A DNA stretch of 64,000 nucleotides from IMG/VR virus record IMGVR_UViG_3300031994_000011, positions 96,001 through 160,000 of that record. One strand, written 5' to 3'. The notes beneath the pieces are model-generated. The model searched no databases and was not told the DNA's origin. It worked only from the letters and a program-made list of their open reading frames with translations. Both the position numbers and the translations under genes were made by a program. The stretch comes from a virus (lineage: Duplodnaviria; Caudoviricetes). Positions 1 to 10,620 of the stretch are shown here, one piece after another; positions within the stretch are counted from its first letter, which is position 1; every line of letters starts with the position of its first letter.

Positions 1-1029
1 GCTCGTGTATCTGTTCTAGATATTGATGTAGATATTGAAGGTTCAAAGCGTGGTCAGGTATTAGCGCATTTAAGAAAAGTATATGGTGCAAATCGTGTTT
101 CAAACGTAGCGACTTTTAGACTTGAAAAATCTAAATCAGCTGTTCAGACCGCAGCCCGTGGATTAGGAATTGATATTGATGAAGCACAGTATGTATCAAA
201 CTTAATCACCGCAGAACGTGGCGCAACATATACTTTATCTCAGATGTATTATGGAGACCCAGAAAATGGTATTGAACCTAACCAAGCCTTCATAAATGAA
301 ATTAGTAAATATGATAGATGGTGGGAAGTTGCGAGTAAAATTGAAGGATTGATTTGTGGGGTAGGTATTCACGCTGGCGGCGTAGTGTTTAAAGATAAAG
401 ATTTCACAGAATCTAGTGCTCTTATGCGCGCACCTGATGGAACCGTTATCACACAATTCGAACTTCATGATCTGGAAGCTGTTTCAGAAATTAAAATGGA
501 TTTGCTTTCAGTTGAAGCCGCTGATAAAATTCATACTTGTTTAGACTTGTTAGTAGAACAAGGATATGTTCCAGCAGGCAAGAATTTGCGTGAAACATAT
601 ATGAATGCGCTTGATGTGTATAAAATTGAGCGTAATGATAAAAAGATGTGGGATATGGTTCAAAATCATGAAATCGTATCATTATTTCAAATGGAACAAC
701 AGAGTGGAGTTCGTGGTATTGCCTTAACCCATCCAAGAAGTGTTGACGAACTAGCTACTTTAAACTCAGTTATCCGTCTAATGGCAACCGAAAAGGGTGC
801 TGAATCTCCACTAGATAAGTACACTCGTTTCAGAAATATTCCAGATGCTTGGGATAAAGAAATGAAATTATTTGGTTTAACTGATAAAGAAAGAGAAATT
901 CTTCATAAAGAACTAGATATATCAAATGGTTTATCAATTACTCAAGAGCAGTTCATGCAGTTAGTCCAACTGCCGGAATGTGGCGGCTGGGATTTACAAT
1001 TTGCTGATAAATTAAGAAAAAGTATCGCT
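1..1029 (+). CDS. dnaE: DNA polymerase III alpha (family C, DnaE-like), 5' exon, truncated by window start
   Basis: Frame 1 reads ARVSVLDIDVDIEG, GIHAGGVV, KMDLLSV and ends ADKLRKSIA. It joins KKNPKEY at 2267 after intron removal. No in-frame TAG. Confidence 0.93.
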
Positions 1030-2266
1030 AAATTTTTTGGTGCTTAAAAAAGAAATTTTTTATGAAACTCGGAGCAAAATAGGTGAAATCTAAGTAAGCT
1101 TAATCACATAATCTTTGAGGATAAATCAAGGAGGTATGTGGTATGAAAACAAAAATTACATAGGATATTTTAGATATCTGGAAAACAAGATATCTCAATG
1201 GTGAAACTGCGCGTAATATATGGCAAGATTATAAAGATTTATGCGCAGAATGTACCGTTGAAAGGCACATTAAACAAATGGGAATTTCTCGCGGAAGAGG
1301 AGTTAAATATAACATTGAACAAAATAAAAATAATATTATACAAGAATATTTAACTTCTAATTATACAAGTCAAGAATTGGGTGAAAAATATAATTGCAAT
1401 GAACGTACAATTTGTGAAATATTAAAACAAGCGGGAATAGAGTTACACTCTGGAAAACGTTCATCTTGTAATGAAAAATATTTTGAAGTAATAGATTCGC
1501 CCAACAAAGCATATCTTTTAGGTTTTATTACTGCGGATGGAGCGATTATAGGAAAATATAATAGTAGCTGTGTGATTGAAGTGCATGAAAAAGATAAAGC
1601 TTTAATTGAATTCGCGCAAGCAGAAATTAATCCTAATGCAACTATTACTAAATGTATTAGTGAAAAAAAACATAATTATAGGATTAATTTTTCTAGCAAA
1701 AAGATATGTCAAGACTTAGAGAAATATGGAATTGTTCCAAATAAAAGTAAAATTATTGAAACAATTCCAGAACATTTAATTCCTGATAATTTATTACGTT
1801 ATTATTTTCGCGGCTTGATAGATGGAGATGGATGTATTCATATGAACGGCGGCATTTCTATTTACTCAGGGAGTGAAATATTTATAAAAAACGTACAAAA
1901 TTGTTTAATTAAAAAATTAAATGTATCAAGACTAAAGATATATCATGGTACTACATATTTTGTAAGTTGGACCAAAAAATCAGATAGATAGAAATTTTAT
2001 AATTTTCTATATAAAGATTGTCTAAATGATACATTTTATTATCCTCGAAAATATCAAAGATTATATGATAGCTTATATGATAACACCTAGATAACTGAAT
2101 AAATTACGAATAGGTTATTCAGTATTGTAGAGCATAGGCAGTGAATAAATATAATCTGCCCACGAGTGTTCCGCATCTAAACGTAAAGTCGTAGATGAAA
2201 ATATATGCCGACCTTATAGGAAACTATAAGAAGTAAAGGATAAAAAGCCTTTACGGTAACAAAGTG
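1030..2266 (+). mobile_element. Group I intron in dnaE
   Basis: 5' exon ends in T (GCT) and the intron ends in G (AAAGTG). Removal restores RKSIA|KKNPK. P7-like GCATA/TATGC pairing and 3' hairpins at 2130-2260; carries a LAGLIDADG ORF. Confidence 0.88.
1143..2102 (+). CDS. Intron-encoded double-motif LAGLIDADG homing endonuclease (3 in-frame TAG)
   Basis: Motifs AYLLGFITADG and YFRGLIDGDG. RBS GGAGGT upstream of ATG 1143. Reading through TAG at codon 7, 1989 and 2088 gives one ORF ending TAA 2102. Confidence 0.85.
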
Positions 2267-3856
2267 AAGAAAAATCCGAAAGAGTATGAAGAGCTTGAAA
2301 AGAAATTTTTTGAACGTGTAAAAGAGCAAAAATTGAGTGAAAATTTCTGTAATTATGTATGGAAAGTAGAAATCGCGTTAAGTAGAGGATATGGTTTTAA
2401 TGCGGCCCATACTTATTCGTATTCTATGGTTGCTTTACAAGAAATGAATTTAGCATATAAATATCCAATAATCTTTTGGAATACCGCAAACTTAATTGTA
2501 GATAGTGGTGGCACCTCAGAAATTGAATATGATGAAGATGGTGAAGCATCTTATATTGTAGAAAATGAAAGAGAAGAGAATGAAGAGGATAATGAAGAGC
2601 TTGAAGATTGGGAAGAAGAAAATGAAACCGAAGAAGATGTAAAAGAAGAAAAGAAAAAAGAAAAAACTAAAACTGTAGATTATGGTAAGGTTGCCGCGGC
2701 AATAGGTAAATTCAGTAATTATGGTATTAAAGTTGCCGCACCAGATATTAATTCTTCTTCTTTTACTTTTACTCCAGTTGTAAAAGACAATACGATTCTT
2801 TATGGATTACGAGGAATTACAAGACTGTCAACTTCTACAATTAAAGATATTATGATAAATCGACCCTATACTTCAATAGAAGACTTTCTTACAAAAGTAA
2901 AAGTTAATAAAGTTCAAATGATAAATTTAATTAAATGCGGAGCTTTTGATAAGTTAGAAAATCAGCCAAGGGAAGAAATCATGAAAAAGTATCTTTCAAG
3001 TATAGCTGATAAGAAACAGCGTTTAACTCTTCAAAACATGCAGATGTTAATCACAAAAGAACTTATTCCTGATGAAATGAGTTATTATGCTAAGTTATTC
3101 TTATTTAATAAATTTTTAAAGTCTCAAAAAACAAAAATAGAATATCAATTAAATGATAGCGCAATTAACTTTATATCAGAAAACTTTTCTGCTGATTATA
3201 TTAGTAATGGAACAAGCATTAGTGTGAAAACTTGGGACAACTTATATAGTCGCGCCATGGAGCCAATGAGAGTATATTTAAAAGAACATAAAGATGAAAT
3301 GCTAGAAGCATTAAATAATTCATTGTACAAAGAAGTTGAAGATAAATATGCTCAAGGAAATATAAGCCATTGGGAAATGGAATCTGTTTCATTCTATTCT
3401 CACGAGCATGAACTTATGAATGCTAGTAGGTATTATGATGACTTTTTTGATTTGCCAGAAGAGCCTGAAATTGATAATGTTTTTATGACAAAATCTGGTG
3501 ATGAAATAAAGATGTATAAGTTATCAAAGATAGTTGGAACAGTAATTGATAAAAGTAAAATGAAAAATACTATTACACTGCTCACGCCGACTGGAGTAAT
3601 AAATGTGAAAATATATAAAAATCAATTTGCCTTGTATGATAAACAGATATCTCAAATTGGAGAAGACGGTAAGAAGCATGTGATTGAACCTTCTTGGTTT
3701 AAACGAGGAACATTATTAATGATTCAAGGAATCAGAAGAGGCGCAGATTTTATTCCTAAAAAATATAAATCATCAATTTCTCCAGTAATATCAAAGATAA
3801 CTGAAGTATCAAATAATGGACAATTAAAATTTCAATTAGAACGAAAGGAGGTTTAA
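2267..3856 (+). CDS. dnaE: DNA polymerase III alpha, 3' exon
   Basis: GYGFNAAHTYSYS, PDINSS, ILYGLRGI, LIKCGAFD, C-terminal OB fold; no in-frame TAG. Confidence 0.93.
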   Translation, partial: KKNPKEYEELEKKFFERVKEQKLSENFCNYVWKVEIALSRGYGFNAAHTYSYSMVALQEMNLAYKYPIIFWNTANLIVDSGGTSEIEYDEDGEASYIVENEREENEEDNEELEDWEEENETEEDVKEEKKKEKTKTVDYGKVAAAIGKFSNYGIKVAAPDINSSSFTFTPVVKDNTILYGLRGITRLSTSTIKDIMINRPYTSIEDFLTKVKVNKVQMINLIKCGAFDKLENQPREEIMKKYLSSIADKKQRLTLQNMQMLITKELIPDEMSYYAKLFLFNKFLKSQKTKIEYQLNDSAINFISENFSADYISNGTSISVKTWDNLYSRAMEPMRVYLKEHKDEMLEALNNSLYKEVEDKYAQGNISHWEMESVSFYSHEHELMNASRYYDDFFDLPEEPEIDNVFMTKSGDEIKMYKLSKIVGTVIDKSKMKNTITLLTPTGVINVKIYKNQFALYDKQISQIGEDGKKHVIEPSWFKRGTLLMIQGIRRGADFIPKKYKSSISPVISKITEVSNNGQLKFQLERKEV

Positions 3857-3858
3857 TT

Positions 3859-4941
3859 ATGATAGGATTAGTAGATTATGATTTTCAGACTAATACTTCC
3901 ATGCGATTATGTCCTCCAAATTTAGAAATAATGAAATTAGCTAATTATTATAAATCAGAATAGAATAAATATTGTAGACTTATAAATTTAAATTAGCAAT
4001 AGCTTTCTGGATATGAAAAAATTTATTTTTTTAGTTAGAAAGATGGTACCCCAAAAATTCCCGAAGCATTCTTGCGCGCCGATAATGTAATTTTTGGCGG
4101 CACCGCTTTCACAAATGGTGAATATATTCCATTTGAAAATTAGATTATTTAGTATACAATGCCAAAAATAAATATCTATACTGAACTACTTCATCAGAAA
4201 TATAATAATGGAGTAAAGTCAAAAGTAATTTCACATTTTTTAGATGATACTTATTATAGAATGTATGCTAAAAATAATAAATTACCAGTGCCGCCCGTTA
4301 TGATGAGAAAAAGAGTTTATTTATACGATATTGATTTTTTCTACCCAGATTGGAAAGATATAATAGAAGATATATCAGCTAGGAAACCAGCTTCTATATT
4401 AAGAATACACCCTATATATTGTAATACGGTAACTCAATTTGGAGAAATTAGAAGCATATCTAAACTATCTCATAGTAATGATGTGATACTTGATTTAAAT
4501 GTTCCATTGGATGAAATTTATTATTTATTTAAAGTATATAAAAAAATGTTTTTAGCAAATATAACTAAAAATGTAAATGTATATTTGCCACTTGGTGGAA
4601 ATTTTAAAACGCCAATACAATATAGAAAAGATTTAATTTATAAATTAAATTTGTTATATTCTTTCTGGAGCAATAATATCATGATAAAAGTTAAATATAA
4701 AGAAGCTAACATTGGTATTGTTAATCCATTATCTAATTTAATGAAAAGAATTTAGCTTTGGGCAAATAATGATACAAAAGATATAAAAAGTATTAAGGAT
4801 GTCATTGATAGAAAAAATAAGAAAAAGCAATCTATTTAGATGTTAGAACTTGAAGAGTTTTTAAAACTTTATCCAACTAGTAAAACATTGTTTGACCAAA
4901 CTCTTACTTCTATTAGAAAAGGAGGCATATGGAAAATATGA
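3859..4941 (+). CDS. Hypothetical protein; N-terminus resembles phage radical-SAM-associated IGLVD..PNL..MKL family (TAG-recoded)
   Basis: MIGLVDYD...PPNLEIMKLANYYK...FGGTAF, in frame with ORF 4159-4755 when TAG is read through; ends TGA 4941; no CxxxCxxC seen. Confidence 0.65.
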
Positions 4942-5141
4942 TTACTATAGATGATATTATATATAATCATGAGCAACTGGAAATGCGTTTAAAAAAAGCA
5001 CTTTCCACAATGGAATTAAGTAAAGAAGTTCGTAACATTCAAGCAGCTATTAAAGAAAATCAATAGCTGTGCCCGCACTTTAGTACAAAATATAATTGGG
5101 TACATGACGGAAAATGTCCCTATTGTGGAAAGAAGGAATAA
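4938..5141 (+). CDS. Small zinc-ribbon protein (1 in-frame TAG)
   Basis: ATGA overlap with previous stop; CPH...CPYCGK. Confidence 0.7.
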
Positions 5142-5142
5142 T

Positions 5143-5373
5143 ATGAAATTTGTTTTATATACATTACCAACTTGTGGTGTGTGCCACATGATTAAAACGA
5201 AATTAGAAAAAAAGAATATTAAATATGAAGAACACGATTTAACAGAAATCGCTGATTCATTAAATATAGACCATGCGCCGGTATTAAAAGTTATTAATGA
5301 TAATGATCCAGGTGCTTTCTTTATCACTAGTCCCGGGGAAATGGTAAAAATGATTAATAACTATATGGAGTGA
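5143..5373 (+). CDS. nrdH: Glutaredoxin/NrdH-like redoxin
   Basis: LYTLPTCGVC, HAPVL cis-Pro motif; directly upstream of nrdD. Confidence 0.8.
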   Translation: MKFVLYTLPTCGVCHMIKTKLEKKNIKYEEHDLTEIADSLNIDHAPVLKVINDNDPGAFFITSPGEMVKMINNYME

Positions 5374-5377
5374 TTGT

Positions 5378-7306
5378 ATGAATATCAATATACGATTAGG
5401 TAAAAATTTTACTACTCAATTAAATAAATTTCAAGAAAAATACGGTGAAGAGTTTATGGCTCTTCAAGGATTAGATGATAAAAAATTAAGTCTAACAGAT
5501 TTTATTGATAATTTTATTGATAGTGATAATGTAGCAAATGCTTCTGTAGATAGTAATGCTAATGTCGCGCATAAAGATATTGTTTCTTTGTTAAGTGAAA
5601 TGGCGAAGCCACATCAAAAGATACTTGCTTTAAATAAAATCTATTATGAAGTTCAAAAGAAATATGGTTTCAAAACAGCTAACGAATGGCTTGAAAATAC
5701 ATTAAATTATGCGCTATACATGCACGATTGTAATACAACTTCATTTTTTCATTACTGTTTCGCGTATGATTTAAAAGAGGTCGCTGAAAAAGGACTTTTC
5801 TTTATAGATGGATATTCCGCTGAGCCACCAAAGCATCTTGACAGCTTTGTTCAAATACTAATGGAGTGGGTATGTTTTTGTAGTCGTAGACAATCCGGCG
5901 CTGTAGGTATGCCGAATCTCATTCCTTATCTTTATTATTTCTGGAGTAGAGATGTAAAAAATGGATACTATACTGTATCGCCAGAACGATATGCTAGACA
6001 ACAAATTCAAGCTCTTATTTATAGATTAAATCAACCTTGGGTTAGGACAGAGCAAGCTGCTTTTACAAATACTTCTATTTTTGATCACCCCTACTTTGAA
6101 GCAATCTTCGGTAGCGCTCAATTTCCTGATGGAGAATATATGATTGAAGAGGAAGAAGAAATTATTGAATTTCAAAAACTATTTATGGAAGTTATGTCTG
6201 AATGCCGCAGTCATAATATGGCTACTTTCCCTGTAAATACTATTTCTCTTCTTTTTAAAGATGGTAAATTTGTAGATGAAGAATTTGCTAAATGGGCATG
6301 TAAACATAATATGAAATGGAACGATAGTAATTTCTTTACTGATAGTTCTGTAAATAGCTTATCAAATTGCTGCCGCTTAAAATCTGATATTCGAGACTTA
6401 TACTTTAATAGTATTGGTGGCGCCGCACTAAAGGTTGGTTCAGTAAAGGTATCAACTGTTAATCTTGCGCGCATAGCCTATAAGCATAAAAATGATGAAG
6501 AAGGATTTTTAAAGGAATTAAAAAATATTACAGAAATCAATTTAAAAGGACTTGATTGCGTAAGACACATTATTAAAAGAAATGTAGAAAAAGGATTGCT
6601 TCCTACTTTCTCTCATGGTCTTGTTGATTTTGAACATTTGTATAATACCTTAGGTATTAATGGTATCTTTGAGACAATGAAAACTTTCGGATACACATAT
6701 CAAGATACTTTAGGAAATACATACTATTCTAAAGAAGCAATGAGTTTTGGAGAACGAATTTTTAAAGTCTTTGATGAAACTATTGCTGAATTTAGTAAAG
6801 ATAAAGATTATAAGATTAATAAGGAACAAGTACCCGCTGAGCAGGCGGCTGTAAAGATGTTTAAAGCAGATAGCCTTCTTTATCCAGAATTAGTTGTTAA
6901 AGATTTACCGCTATATGGAAATCAGTGGATACCATTAGGTATTAAGACTACTTTAGCAGAGCGTGTAAGAATTTGTTCTACCTTTGATAAATATTGTAAT
7001 GGTGGTTCAATTCTACATTGTAATGTAGACGCTCCTTTTGATAGCTTTGACAAAGCTTGGAATATGCTTAATTGGATGGCCACTAGCGGCGTTACATATT
7101 TTGCTTTTACTGGAAAAATTTCTGCTTGTAAGCATAATCATGCCTTTTATGGAGATGTGTGTCCTCTTTGCGGCGGTCCAGTAGAAACTTATTACAGTCG
7201 TATCGTCGGGTTCTTCACGCCTGTTAAAGCTTATTCTAAAGAAAGAAAAGCAGAATGGGAATTAAGACAATGGGAGAATATCAATGAAGATAAAGGGGAT
7301 AATTGA
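5378..7306 (+). CDS. nrdD: Anaerobic (class III) ribonucleotide reductase, no ATP cone
   Basis: QSGAVG, finger loop SNCCRL, PAEQ, C-terminal CKHNH..CPLC Zn site and glycyl-radical SRIVGF. Confidence 0.95.
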   Translation: MNINIRLGKNFTTQLNKFQEKYGEEFMALQGLDDKKLSLTDFIDNFIDSDNVANASVDSNANVAHKDIVSLLSEMAKPHQKILALNKIYYEVQKKYGFKTANEWLENTLNYALYMHDCNTTSFFHYCFAYDLKEVAEKGLFFIDGYSAEPPKHLDSFVQILMEWVCFCSRRQSGAVGMPNLIPYLYYFWSRDVKNGYYTVSPERYARQQIQALIYRLNQPWVRTEQAAFTNTSIFDHPYFEAIFGSAQFPDGEYMIEEEEEIIEFQKLFMEVMSECRSHNMATFPVNTISLLFKDGKFVDEEFAKWACKHNMKWNDSNFFTDSSVNSLSNCCRLKSDIRDLYFNSIGGAALKVGSVKVSTVNLARIAYKHKNDEEGFLKELKNITEINLKGLDCVRHIIKRNVEKGLLPTFSHGLVDFEHLYNTLGINGIFETMKTFGYTYQDTLGNTYYSKEAMSFGERIFKVFDETIAEFSKDKDYKINKEQVPAEQAAVKMFKADSLLYPELVVKDLPLYGNQWIPLGIKTTLAERVRICSTFDKYCNGGSILHCNVDAPFDSFDKAWNMLNWMATSGVTYFAFTGKISACKHNHAFYGDVCPLCGGPVETYYSRIVGFFTPVKAYSKERKAEWELRQWENINEDKGDN

Positions 7307-7763
7307 TTGTGATTTTATAAATTACAAAGAACCAACATTAACTATAGAATTTCCATATTGTAGTTTTAAATGTGATGAACTTAATGGTGCGCCAGTATGT
7401 CAAAATAGCGCATTAAGAAAAGAACCAGACATAGAAATATCTGGTGAAGAAATATGGAATTTATATACAGCAAATCCAATTACAAAAGGCTTTTGTTTTC
7501 AGGGCTTAGAACCTTTTGATAGTTTAATGGATTTAGCAGAACTTTTACATTTTATTAGAGTAGATAAACAATGTAATGATGTGATAGTTATTTATACTGG
7601 CTATAATAAAAATGAAGATTTTCTTGTTGAAAACATGATAAGAAAATATCATAATATAATTATTAAATGGGGCCGCTACATAGTAGGTCATAAGCCTCAT
7701 TATGATGAAGCATTAGGAATTATGTTGGCTAGTGATAACCAATACGCGGAGGTAATAGAATGA
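7284..7763 (+). CDS. nrdG: Class III RNR activating radical-SAM enzyme
   Basis: CSFKC...CQN, GLEP, YTGY, ASDNQ; adjacent to nrdD. Confidence 0.9.
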   Translation: MKIKGIIDCDFINYKEPTLTIEFPYCSFKCDELNGAPVCQNSALRKEPDIEISGEEIWNLYTANPITKGFCFQGLEPFDSLMDLAELLHFIRVDKQCNDVIVIYTGYNKNEDFLVENMIRKYHNIIIKWGRYIVGHKPHYDEALGIMLASDNQYAEVIE

Positions 7764-7957
7764 AAATTCATGCGACTTCTGATGAAGAATTAAAAGCATA
7801 TGTGCGCGCAGGACTAAAAGAAAATGATGGTTTTTGTCCTTGCGTAGTAAATAGTAAAGGTAATGAAAAATTTAGATGTCTTTGTGAAGACTTTAGGTTA
7901 AATAAGAAAGTTGGAGAAACTTGTCATTGTGGTCTATATATTAAAGATGAAGAATAA
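7760..7957 (+). CDS. Ferredoxin-thioredoxin reductase catalytic-subunit-like protein
   Basis: GFCPC...CLC...CHCGLY motif spacing typical of FTR-c. Confidence 0.8.
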   Translation: MKIHATSDEELKAYVRAGLKENDGFCPCVVNSKGNEKFRCLCEDFRLNKKVGETCHCGLYIKDEE

Positions 7958-7988
7958 GTGGGCGTAAGCCCACTTATTTTTTTTATTT
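7953..7988 (+). terminator. Intrinsic terminator
   Basis: ATAAGTGGGC-GTAA-GCCCACTTAT followed by T run. Confidence 0.85.
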
Positions 7989-7990
7989 AT

Positions 7991-8019
7991 TTGACTTTGC
8001 TTAAAATTCATGCTATAAT
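7991..8019 (+). promoter_or_regulatory. Sigma-A/70 promoter
   Basis: TTGACT-17-TATAAT with TG extension. Confidence 0.8.
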
Positions 8020-8051
8020 TATTATAAGAAAAAGGAGAGTGATGTGATGCT

Positions 8052-9023
8052 GTGGTTTATGTAATCATATTTCTTATAGCAATAATTATATTCCTCGGTT
8101 ATAGCTTATCAAAGAAACAAAAATTTTAGAAAGAGGAAAGAAATGAATATTATGCCGAGAATTAGAGGCTCGCCGCATAGCACGCTAAATTATAGGCAGA
8201 AATTTTAGCAGATATAGAAAATTGTAATAGAATACGATAGTAGATAACTAGATGTAATAAAGAATTTTCTACTCGTAGTTCTGAATTATAGAATTATTTT
8301 TATAATTTGCGCGCACAACGTAATAAAGATTTAGAAGATTAGTTTTTAACAAAAAGAAGAGAACAGCAAGAAATTCTTAATTTATAGATTTAGAAAATGA
8401 AAACCGCTTCTAACAATAAAGTTATTTAGATTGAATAGGCTACAAATAAAGCCATTTAGACTTTAAATAATTATGTTGCCTAGACAAATGAAAAAGTAAT
8501 TGAATGGGAAACACAATATAATAATTTATTATAGCCACTTAAAAGATTGTAGCAATAGAAAATGTAGCATTTATTTTATACAATTCAAATTCCAGAATAG
8601 TATCAAAAAGATATGTAGTATCTTTTAACTACCGTCGCGCCGCATGTTAATCACCCAGATATTATTAGTAAATTGATTTGGCAATAGTATGTAAAACCCT
8701 ATTTAGACGATACATTTAAGCGAATTGGCATAAAAGATTAGCCTGGAATTTATAAAATAACTTATATTTAGAACAATAAATGTTATGTTGGTAAAAGCAC
8801 TAATGTTAAAAAACGAATAGCTGATCATTTTAAAAGCGTTGTTGGAATACAATCAATTGCTGATCAAGCTGTTCATCATTAGATAAAAAATACTGGATTA
8901 TGGAACTGGATGATAGAAGTGATTGGATACTTTCCAAAAGAAGAACTTAGTGAAAAGTAGAAATTTTATATAAAGTAGTTCCAAGCTATTTAGTATGGAT
9001 TTAATAAAAATAGTGGAGGATAA
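8052..9023 (+). CDS. N-terminal TM helix + coiled coil + GIY-YIG nuclease (about 27 in-frame TAG)
   Basis: Hydrophobic VVYVIIFLIAIIIFLGY; GIYKIT...YVGKS...KR..DH...LSEK[TAG]KFYI...YGFN; GTG start after AAGGAG; TAA 9023. Invisible in the ORF track. Confidence 0.85.
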
Positions 9024-9024
9024 A

Positions 9025-9309
9025 ATGAAACTTTTAGAAGGTAAATTTTTTAAAGATTGGTGTATCTTTTTAGCAGAGCAAGATAATAGATATTTTGTTC
9101 TTTATGGGAAAATAGGACAAATAGAGATTAAAGCACAAGTTGACTATAATGAATCATTGAAAGAATCAGTTTATTCTTGTTTTCCAACACGTACTGCTTA
9201 TGTTAATATTCCTTTTATAGACAAGAATAATAATTTATATACCTTACGTAATATTCATAATAAAGAAGAATACAATGCCATAGTAGAAGTTTTGGAGGAT
9301 ATACTATGA
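9025..9309 (+). CDS. Hypothetical protein
   Basis: ORF track; ATG 9025 follows GGAGGA. Confidence 0.7.
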   Translation: MKLLEGKFFKDWCIFLAEQDNRYFVLYGKIGQIEIKAQVDYNESLKESVYSCFPTRTAYVNIPFIDKNNNLYTLRNIHNKEEYNAIVEVLEDIL

Positions 9310-9596
9310 ACGAAGATAAACTACTGAAAGAAGCTACTTCACCGTAGCAATTAGAAGCAGTAGAAAAAATGATTAAAAGTGATATTTAGAAAAAAATCCC
9401 ACCTATGCCTATGAATCGCAAACAGCGTAGAGCGCTACAGAAAAAAATGGGGCGTAAAAATAAAGACTTAAGAGACGTCCAAAAAGTTCTTACAGAAACC
9501 ACAAAGAAAATTGATTATATTGATTTGATTGAAAAACTAAAAGCATTAAATGCTAAAAATGAAAAGGAGAATGAAGAAAATGAAGACACTAATTAA
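9306..9596 (+). CDS. Hypothetical protein (2 in-frame TAG)
   Basis: GGAGG RBS, ATG 9306 in frame with ORF 9405-9596; NRKQRR motif. Confidence 0.7.
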
Positions 9597-9792
9597 ACAG
9601 ACTTTTGTATATAATATTGACAACGAACCCGAATCTGCTGATACTATTCAGAAGTTTAAAGATGAACAGCTTGAAAAAGGATATACTGTTCTAAAGCATA
9701 AGACTGATTATAAGGTAAAGAAAGATAGAAAAACCGGTGAGATCGTTGATGAAAATTGGCTAACTGAAATCACAATTGGTTATGAAGCGTAA
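9580..9792 (+). CDS. Hypothetical protein
   Basis: ORF track, MKTLIKQTF start after AAGGAG. Confidence 0.7.
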   Translation: MKTLIKQTFVYNIDNEPESADTIQKFKDEQLEKGYTVLKHKTDYKVKKDRKTGEIVDENWLTEITIGYEA

Positions 9793-9807
9793 GGAGGTAA
9801 TAAAAAA

Positions 9808-10620
9808 ATGAGTGAAAACATTACTAATTTTATGGATGGACTAAATGAAAATGAGTCTACTAGAGCAATTGGCGATCTAATTGAGCAAGTCATGGCCATT
9901 CCTGATGATACTTTGAATGATACTACGGCTGATATGATGAGCGGCATTATTAGCGGCGCACTAACTAATGCTGTTAAGCAAGAAGCTGTTAGAAATATTA
10001 TGGCTAACTTCGAAGAAAATTCTTATACCAGATCTCAAGCTATTGCCCTTGTAGATAATATGAAGAACGAATTTACTGAGCTACTTAATGGATTACAGCC
10101 TTCTAAATATAAGAGAATGATTCTTGATAATCTATTTAATGAATTTTACTCTATGTTTGATAAGGCTCTTGAAACTTATCATAACTATAATTTCAAGCTT
10201 CCCGTAAAGCTAGACGAGGGCGCAAGAATACCGACTTACGCACATGATACTGATGTGGCTGCAGATCTATATGCTGCTGATGATATGATTATTCCTGCGC
10301 ATTCTCTAAGTAATATGGTTAGAACTGGTGTCCATATTAGACTACCAGAAGGCTGGTGCGCATTTGTAGTACCTCGTTCTAGTATTGGTTCAAAGACTGG
10401 GCTACGGCTAAGCAATAGTCAGGGTGTAATTGATAATGATTATACCGGGCCAATTGGCGTCCTTTACGATAACATTTCTGATTCACCTTATACTATTAAA
10501 GCCGGAGATAGAATCGCGCAAATGTATGTTCTTCCTGTTTATCACTTTAAAGGCGTTGAAGTTGATACACTTGAGGAAACTGAGCGCGGCGAAGGCGGCT
10601 TTGGTTCTAGTGGTAAGTAA
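9808..10620 (+). CDS. dut: Trimeric dUTPase with ~125-aa N-terminal extension
   Basis: AADL, PRSS, GVIDNDYTG, GDRIAQ, RGEGGFGSSG motifs. Confidence 0.93.
   Translation: MSENITNFMDGLNENESTRAIGDLIEQVMAIPDDTLNDTTADMMSGIISGALTNAVKQEAVRNIMANFEENSYTRSQAIALVDNMKNEFTELLNGLQPSKYKRMILDNLFNEFYSMFDKALETYHNYNFKLPVKLDEGARIPTYAHDTDVAADLYAADDMIIPAHSLSNMVRTGVHIRLPEGWCAFVVPRSSIGSKTGLRLSNSQGVIDNDYTGPIGVLYDNISDSPYTIKAGDRIAQMYVLPVYHFKGVEVDTLEETERGEGGFGSSGK

Noticed and set aside
1030-2266. Intein in dnaE
   Set aside because: The polymerase frame has a TAA shortly after the junction, the endonuclease has its own RBS and start, and U/G splice boundaries fit a group I intron
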